17,685 nucleotides of DNA from Macrostomum lignano (taxonomy: Eukaryota), in the NCBI GenBank assembly GCA_002269645.1, contig NIVC01005248.1, positions 1 to 17,685 of the forward strand. Direction: 5' to 3'. Position numbers and translations under genes: made by a program. Of this stretch, positions 11,601 through 17,685 are shown piece by piece. Under the pieces are notes generated by a model. The model was given only the letters and a program-made list of their open reading frames with translations. It ran no database searches and had not been told where the DNA came from. Every line of letters begins with the position of its first letter. The first letter of the stretch is position 1.

Positions 11601-14205
11601 AGTGCGTCATGCAGCGGAGGTGTTGGGGAGTGGCGTCAAGCAGCGGAGCTGTTGGGGAGCCGCGGTGGGCAGCGGAGCTGTTGGGGGAGTGGCGTCAAGC
11701 AGCGGAGCTGTTGGGGGAGCCGCGGTGGGCAGCGAAGCTGTTGGGGAAACGCGGTGTGCAGCGGAGCTGTTTGGGGGAGCCGCGGTGGGCAGCGGAGCGG
11801 TTGGGGAGCCGCGGTGGGCAGCGGAGCTGTTGGGGGAGCCGCGGTGGCAGCGGAAGCTGTTTGGGGGAGTGGCGTCAAGCATCGGAGCTTTTGGGGAGTG
11901 GCGTCAAGCAGCGGAGCTGTTGGGGGAGCCGCGGTGGGCAGCGGAGCTGTTTGAGGAGTGGCGTCAAGCAGCGGAACTGTTGGGGAGTGGCGTCAAGCGG
12001 TGAGAGCTGTTGGGGAGTGGCGTCAAGCAGCGGAGCTGTTGGGGGAGCCGCGGTGGGCAGCGGAGCTGTTGGGGGAGCCGCGGTGTGGCAGCGGAGCGGT
12101 TGGGGGAGCCGCGGTGGGCAGCGGAGCTGTTTGGGGGAGTGGCGTCAAGCATCGGAGCTGTTGGGGGAGTGCGTCAAGCAGCGGACTGTTGGGGGAGCCG
12201 CGGTGGGCAGCGGAGCTGTTGGGGAGTGGCGTCAAGCAGCGACTGTTGGGGGAGTGGCGTCAAGCGGCGGAGCTGTTGGGGGAGTGGCGTCAAGCAGCGG
12301 AGCTGTTGGGGGAGCCGCGGTGGGCAGCGGAGCTGTTGGGGGAGCCGCGGTGGGCAGCGGAGCTGTTGGGGGAGTGGCGTCAAGCAGCGGAGCTGTTGGA
12401 GGAGTGGCGTCAAGCAGCGGAGCTGTTGGGGGAGCGCGGTGGGCAGCGGAGCTGTTGGGGGCCGCGGTGGGCAGCGGAGCTGTTGGGGGAGCCCGGTGGG
12501 CAGCGGAGCTGTTTGGGGAGTGGCGTCAAGCATCGGAGCTGTTGGGGGAGTGGCGTCAAGCAGCGGAGCTGTTGGGGGAGCCGCGGTGGCAGCGGAGCTG
12601 TTTGAGGAGTGGCGTCAAGCAGCGAACTGTGGGGGAGTGGCGTCAAGCGTGGAGCTGTTGGGGGAGTGGCGTCAAGCAGCGGAGCTGTTGGGGGAAGCCG
12701 CGGTGGGCAGCGGAGCTGTTGGGGAGCCGCGGTGGGCAGTGGAGCTGTTGGGGGAGCGCGTCAGTGGGCAGCGGAGCTGTTGGGGGAGTGGCGTCAAGCA
12801 GCGGAGCTGTTGGGGGAGTGGCGTCAAGCAGCGGAGCTGTTGGGGGAGCCCGAGTGGGCAGCGGAGCTGTTGGGGGAGTGGCGTCAGCAGCGGAGCTGTT
12901 GGGGAGTGGCGTCATGCAGCGGAGGTGTTGGGGGAGTGGCGTCAAGCAGCGGAGCTGTTGGGGGAGCCGCGGTGGGCAGCGGAGTGTTGGGGGAGTGGCG
13001 TCAAGCAGCGGAGCTGTTGGGGAGCCGCGGTGGGCAGCGAAGCTGTTGGGGAAACCGCGGTGGGCAGCGGAGCTGTTTGGGGGAGCCGCGGTGGGCAGCG
13101 GAGCGGTTGGGGGAGCCGCGGTGGGCAGCGGAGCTGTTGGGGGAGCCGCGGTGGGCAGCGGAGCTGTTTGGGGGAGTGGCGTCAAGCAGCGGAGCTGTTG
13201 GGGGAGCCGCGGTGGGCAGCGGAGCTGTTTGAGGAGTGGCGTCAAGCAGCGGAACTGTTGGGGGAGTGGCGTCAAGCGGTTGGAGCTGTTGGGGAGTGGC
13301 GTCAAGCAGCGGAGCTGTTGGGGGAGCCGCGGTGGGCAGCGCGAGCTGTTGGGGGAGCCGCGGTGGGCAGCGGAGCGGTTGGGGGAGCCGCGGTGGGCAG
13401 CGGAGCTGTTTGGGGGAGTGGCGTCAAGCATCGGAGCTGTTGGGGAGTGGCGTCAAGCAGCGGAACTGTTGGGGGAGCCGCGGTGGGCCAGCGGAGCTGT
13501 TGGAGGAGTGGCGTCAAGCAGCGGAGCTGTTGGGGGAGTGGCGTCAAGCAGCGGAGCTGTTGGGGGAGTGGGCAGCGGAGCTGTTGGAGTGCGTCAAGAG
13601 CAGCGAGCTGTTGGGGGAGCCGCGGTGGGCAGTGGAGCTGTTGGGGGAGCCGCGGTGGGCAGCGGAGCTGTTGGGGAGTGGCGTCAAGCAGCGGAGCTGT
13701 TGGGGGAGTGGCGTCAAGCAGGGAGCTGTTGGGGGAGCCGCGGTGGGCAGCGGAAGCTGTTGGGGGAGCCGCGGTGGGCAGCGGAGCTGTTGGGGGAGCC
13801 GCGGTGGGCAGCGGAGCTGTTGGGGGAGTGCGTCAAGCAGCGGAGCTGTTGGGGGAGTGCGTCATGCAGCGGAGGTGTTGGGGAGTGGCGTCAAGCAGCG
13901 GAGCTGTTGGGGAGCCGCGGTGGGCAGCGGAGCTGTTGTGGGAGTGGCGTCAAGCAGCGGAGCTGTTGGGGGAGCCGCGGTGGCAGCGAAGCTGTTGGGG
14001 AAACCGCGGTGGGCAGCGGAGCTGTTTGGGGAGCCGCGGTGGGCAGCGGAGCTGTTGGGGTAGCCGCGGTGGGCAGCGGAGCTGTTGGGGGGAGCCGCGG
14101 TGGGCAGCGGAGCTGTTTGGGGAGTGGCGTCAAGCATCGGAGCTGTTGGGGAGTGGCGTCAAGCAGCGGAGCTGTTTGGGGGAGCCGCGGTGGGCAGCGG
14201 AGCTG
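2688..14205. repeat. Tandem duplication of a ~5.65-5.87 kb super-unit (copy 1 about 2688-8337, copy 2 about 8338-14205)
   Basis: Landmark spacings are 1030/618/1103/663/663/624/949 in copy 1 and 1206/661/1094/651/651/627/978 in copy 2. Rare variants are shared at offsets of about 5.83-5.87 kb: GAGTAGCG 3229/9058, GAGCTTTT 3535/9366, GTTAGGGGGGTTGGCGTCAAGCATTGG 4366/10235, GAGCTTTTT 5347/11205, (C)CACGG 5597/11455, CATCGGAGCTTTT 6040/11888 and AAGCGGCGG 6420/12262. Confidence 0.85.
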
Positions 14206-17200
14206 TTTGAGGAGTGGCGTCAAGCAGCGGAACTGTTGGGGGAGTGGCGTCAAGCGGTGGAGCTGTTGGGGGAGTGGCGTCAAGCAGCGGAGCTGTTGGG
14301 GAGCCGCGGTGGGCAGCGGAGCTGTTGGGGGAGCCGCGGTGGGCAGTGGAGCTGTTGGGGGAGCCGCGGTGGGCAGCGAGCTGTTTGGGGGAGAGGCGTC
14401 CAAGCAGCGGAGCTGTTGGGGGAGTGGCGTCAAGCAGCGGACTGTTGGGGAGCCGCGGTGGGCAGCGGAGCTGTTGGGGGAGTGGCGTCAAGCAGCGGAG
14501 CTGTTGGGGGAGTGGCGTCATGCAGCGGAGGTGTTGGGGGAGTGGCGTCAAGCAGCGGAGCTGTTGGGGGAGCCGCGGTGGGCAGCGGAGCTGTTGGGGA
14601 GTGGCGTCAAGCAGCGGAGCTGTTGGGGGAGCCGCGTGGGCAGCGAAGCTGTTGGGGAACCGCGGTGGGCAGCGGAGCTGTTTGGGGAGCCGCGGTGGGC
14701 AGCGGAGCGGTTGGGAGCGCGGTGAACAGCGGAGCTGTTGGGGGAGCCGCGGTGGGCAGCGGAGCTGTTGGGGGAGTGGCGTCAAAGCATCGAGCTGTTG
14801 GGGGAGTGGCGTCAAGCAGCGGAGCTGTTGGGGAGCCGCGGTGGGCAGCGGAGCTGTTTGGGAGTGGCGTCAAGCAGCGGAACTGTTGGGGAGTGGCGTC
14901 AAGGACGGTGGAGCTGTTGGGGAGTGGCGTCAAGCAGCGGAGCTGTTGGGGAGCCGCGGTGGGCAGCGGAGCTGTTGGGGGAGCCGCGGTGGGCAGCGGA
15001 GCGGTTGGGGAGCCGCGGTGGGCAGCGGAGCTGTTTGGGGAGTGGCGTCAAGCATCGAGAGCTGTTGGGGAGTGGCGTCAAGCGGAACTGTTGGGGAGCC
15101 GCGGTGGGCAGCGGAGCTGTTGGAGGAGTGGCGTCAAGCAGCGAAACTGTTGGGGGAGTGGCGTCAGCGGCGGAGCTGTGGGGGAGTGCGTCAAGCAGCG
15201 GAGCTGTTGGGGGAGCCGCGGTGGGCAGCGGAGCTGTTGGGGAGCCGCGGTGGGCAGCGGAGCTGTTGGGGGAGTGGCGTCATAGCAGCGGAGCTGTTGG
15301 GGAGTGGTCAAGCAGCGGAGCTGTTGGGGGAGCTGCGGTGGGCAGCGAGCTGTTGGGGGAGTGGCGTCAAGTAGCGGAACTGTTGGGGGAGTGGCGTCAA
15401 GCAGCGGAGGCTGTTGGGGAGTGGCGTCAAGCAGCGGAGCTGTTGGGGCGCCCGGTGGCAGCGGAGCTGTTGGGAGGAGTGGCGTCAAGCAGCGAGAGCT
15501 GTTTGGGGAGTGGCGTCAAGCATGGAGCTGTTGGGGGAGTAGCGTCAAGCAGCGGAACTGTTGGGGGAGCCGCGGTGGGCAGCGGAGCTGTTGGGGGAGC
15601 CGCGGTGGGCAGCGGAGCTGTTGGGGGAGTGGCGTCAAGCAGCGGAGCTGTTGGGGGAGTGGCGTCATGCAGCGGAGCTGTTGGGGGAGTGGCGTTATGC
15701 AGCGGAGGTGTTGGGGGAGTGGCGTCAAGCAGCGGAGCTGTTGGGGGAGCCGCGGTGGGCAGCGGAGCTGTTTGGGGGAGCCGCGGTGGGCAGCGGAGCT
15801 GTTGGGGTAGCCGCGGTGGGCAGCGGAGCTGTTTGGGGGAGCCGCGGTGGCAGCGGAGCTGTTTGGGGAGTGGCGTAAGCATCGGAGCTGTTGGGGGAGT
15901 GGCGTCAAGCAGCGAGCTGTTGGGAGGAGCCGCGGTGGGCAGCGGAGCTGTTTGAGGAGTGGCGTCAGCAGCGAACTGTTGGGGGAGTGGCGTCAAAGCG
16001 TTGGAGCTGTTGGAGGGAGTGGCGTCAAGCAGACGGAGCTGTTGGGGGAGCCGCGGTGGGCAGCGGAAGCTGTTGGGGAGCCGCGGTGGGCAGTGGAGCT
16101 GTTGGGGAGCCGCGGTGGGCAGACGGAGAGCTGTTTGGGGGAGTGGCGTCAAGCAGCGAGCTGTTGGGGAGTGGCGTCAAGCAGCGGAGCTGTTGGGGGA
16201 GCCGCGGTGGGCAGCGGAGCTGTTGGGGGAGTGGCGTCAACAGCGGAGGCTGTTGGGGGAGTGGCGTCATGCAGCGGAGGTGTTGGGGGAGTGGCGTCAA
16301 GCAGCGGAGCTGTTGGGGGAGGCCGCGGTGGGCAGCGGAGGTGTTGGGGGAGTGGCGTCAAGCAGCGGAGCTGTTGGGGGAGCCGCGGTAGGGCAGCGAA
16401 GCTGTTGGGGAAACCGCGGTGGCAGCGGAGCTGTTTGGGGGAGCGGGGCAGCGGAGCGGTTTGGGGAGCCGCGGTGGGCAGCGGAGCTGTTGGGGGGAGC
16501 CCGGGTGGGCAGACGGAGCTGTTTGGGGGAGTGGCGTCAAGCAGCGGAGCTGTTGGGGGAGCCGCGGTGGGCAGCGGAGCTAGTTTGAGGAGTGGGCGTC
16601 AAGCAGCGGAACTGTTGGGGGAGTGGCGTCAAGCGGTGGAGCTGTTGGGGGAGTGGCGTCAAGCAGCGGAGCTGTTGGGGAGCCGCGGTGGGCAGCGGAG
16701 CTGTTGGGAGGAGCCGCGGTGGGCAGCGGAGCGGATTGGGGGAGCCGACGGTGGGCAGCGGAGCTGTTTGGGGAGTGGCGTCAAGCATCGGAGCTGTTGG
16801 GGGAGTGGCGTCAAGCAGCGGAACTAGTTGGGAGACGCGGTGGCAGGCGGAGCTGTTGAGGGAGTGGCGTCAAGCAGCGAAACTGTTGGAAGTGGCGTCA
16901 GCGCGGAGCTGTTGGGGAGAGTGGCGTCAAGCAGCGGAGCTGTTGGGGGAGCCGCGGTGGGCAGCGAGCTGTTGGGAGAGCCGCGTGGGCAGGCGGAGCT
17001 GTTGGGGGAGTGGCGTCAAGCAGCGGAGCTGTTGGGGGAGTGGCGTCAAGCAGCGAGCTGTTGGGGGAGCTGGTTGGCAGCGGAGCTGTTGGGGGAGTGG
17101 CGTCAAGTAGGCGGAGCTGTTGGGGAGTGAGCGTCAGCAGCGGAGCTGTTGGGAGGAGTAGGCGTCAAGCAGCGGAGCTGTTGGGGGAGCCGCGGTGGCA

Positions 17201-17685
17201 GGCGGAGCTGTTGGGGGGAGGCGTCAAGCAGGGAGCTGTTGGGAGTGGCGTCATGCAGCGGAGGTGTTGGGGGAGTGGCGTCAAGCAGCCGGAGCTGTTG
17301 GGGGAGCGCGTGGGCAGCGGAGCTGTTGGGGGAGTGGCGGTCAAGCAGCGGAGCTGTTGGGGGAAGTGGGTCAGCTCGGAGCTTGTTGGGGGAAGTAGCG
17401 TCAAGCAGCGAAGCTGTTGGGGAGCCGCGGTGGGCAGCGGAAGCTGATTGGGGAGCCGCGGTGGGCAGAGCGGAGCTGTTGGGGAGTGCGTCAAGCAGCG
17501 GAGCTGTTGGGGGAGTGGCGTCAGCAGCGGAGCTGTTGGGGGTGGCGTTATGCATAGCGGAGGTGTTGGGGGAGTGGCGTCAAGCAGCGGAGCTGTTGGG
17601 AAGGAGCCAGCGGTGGCAGCGGAGCTGTTGGGGGAGTGGCGTCAAGCAGCGGAGCTGTTGGGGGAGCCGCGGTGGCAGCGAAGCT
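14060..17685. repeat. Tandem duplication of a ~1.75-1.86 kb unit (about 14060-15807 and 15808-17685)
   Basis: Variants shared at an offset of about 1740: GGGGTAGCCGCGG 14061/15808, GCGAAACTG 15141/16877 and TCAAGTAG 15369/17105. Variants shared at about 1855: AGTAGCG 15540/17396 and GCGTTATGC 15695/17548. The landmark spacing 651+1094 = 1745 matches. Confidence 0.72.

Larger units (their letters stand above)
269..16584. repeat. Higher-order block structure marked by the landmark variant pair TTTGAGGAG-A followed by GGAACTGTT-A-GCGGT
   Basis: The landmark, with a few degenerate copies, lies at about 269, 891, 2108, 2688, 3718, 4336, 5439, 6102, 6765, 7389, 8338, 9544, 10205, 11299, 11950, 12601, 13228, 14206, 14857, 15951 and 16584. 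Spacings fall into two classes, 580-663 bp and 949-1217 bp. The order of variant monomers leading into each landmark is largely conserved. Confidence 0.9.
1..17685. repeat. 30-bp G-rich tandem repeat (minisatellite/satellite) array, about 590 monomers of two interspersed types: A GGAGCTGTTGGGGGAGTGGCGTCAAGCAGC and B GGAGCTGTTGGGGGAGCCGCGGTGGGCAGC
   Basis: Read directly across the window. Clean consecutive 30-bp copies occur at about 4990-5190, 6430-6660 and 7810-8040. Type A is G15/A5/C5/T5 and type B is G17/C6/T4/A3. No non-repeat sequence is present. Confidence 0.99.

Noticed and set aside
8870-14725. 1951-aa plus-strand ORF, and the other long plus-strand ORFs (4750-8343, 12010-15285, 899-2692)
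   Set aside because: The translation wanders among all three repeat registers (EWRQAAELLG, GVASSSGAVG, RSCWGSGVKQ) through indels. The consensus monomers have no plus-strand stop, so long ORFs are expected by chance. There is no unique domain and no credible start context.
1-17685. Silk/elastin/PE-PGRS-like Gly-Ala-Ser-Val protein (GVASSSGAVG/GAAVGSGAVG)
   Set aside because: The landmark variant GTT TGA GGA places a stop in this register about once per 0.6-1.2 kb block; many listed ORFs end at SGAV. The 31-bp monomers also shift the frame.
1-17685. CRISPR array (constant 21-bp repeat plus variable insert)
   Set aside because: The insert is only 9 bp and has two states rather than unique spacers of roughly 25-45 bp. 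No leader or cas gene is present.
1-17685. Telomeric repeat
   Set aside because: It is G-rich and strand-biased, but the unit is 30 bp with two complex variants and matches no telomere motif I recognise. A subtelomeric location cannot be excluded.
1-17685. CTCF site in the B monomer (CCGCGGTGGGCAG versus CCGCGNGGNGGCAG) and the PRDM9 13-mer motif
   Set aside because: The CTCF match needs a gap within the core. The best PRDM9 alignment I found misses two informative positions. Both are expected by chance in G-rich DNA.
1-17685. Assignment to a specific organism, gene or named satellite family
   Set aside because: There is no unique flanking sequence and I do not recognise the monomer with confidence. 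A database search would be required.
1-17685. Variation in G-run length (GGGG, GGGGG, GGGGGG) as biological polymorphism
   Set aside because: It is not consistently shared between duplicated blocks and is typical homopolymer error. Only the TTT+G5 class was kept, as a separate finding.

Overview
The whole window (1-17685, both ends cut mid-array) is one G-rich tandem repeat array of about 590 monomers of 30 bp. Each monomer has a near-constant 21-bp part (GCAGC GGAGCTGTTGGGGGAG) and a 9-bp cassette in one of two states: A = TGGCGTCAA or B = CCGCGGTGG. A and B monomers are interspersed like a minisatellite variant-repeat code. Recurrent point variants show a nested organisation: 30-bp monomer, then blocks of about 0.6 kb or 1.0-1.2 kb, then a ~1.75-1.85 kb duplication and a ~5.65-5.87 kb tandem duplication. 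There is no unique sequence, and no RNA gene, mobile element or CRISPR array is recognisable, so the source organism cannot be assigned. Scattered 1-nt indels and unstable G-run lengths, worse after about 14.7 kb, suggest an unpolished long read. The long ORFs are best explained as by-products of a stop-poor 30-bp period. The only plausible coding reading is a mucin-like minus-strand frame (PTAPLLDATP/PTAPLPTAAP), and recurrent 31-bp monomers argue against it. I found an unusually structured satellite but no demonstrable new gene system.
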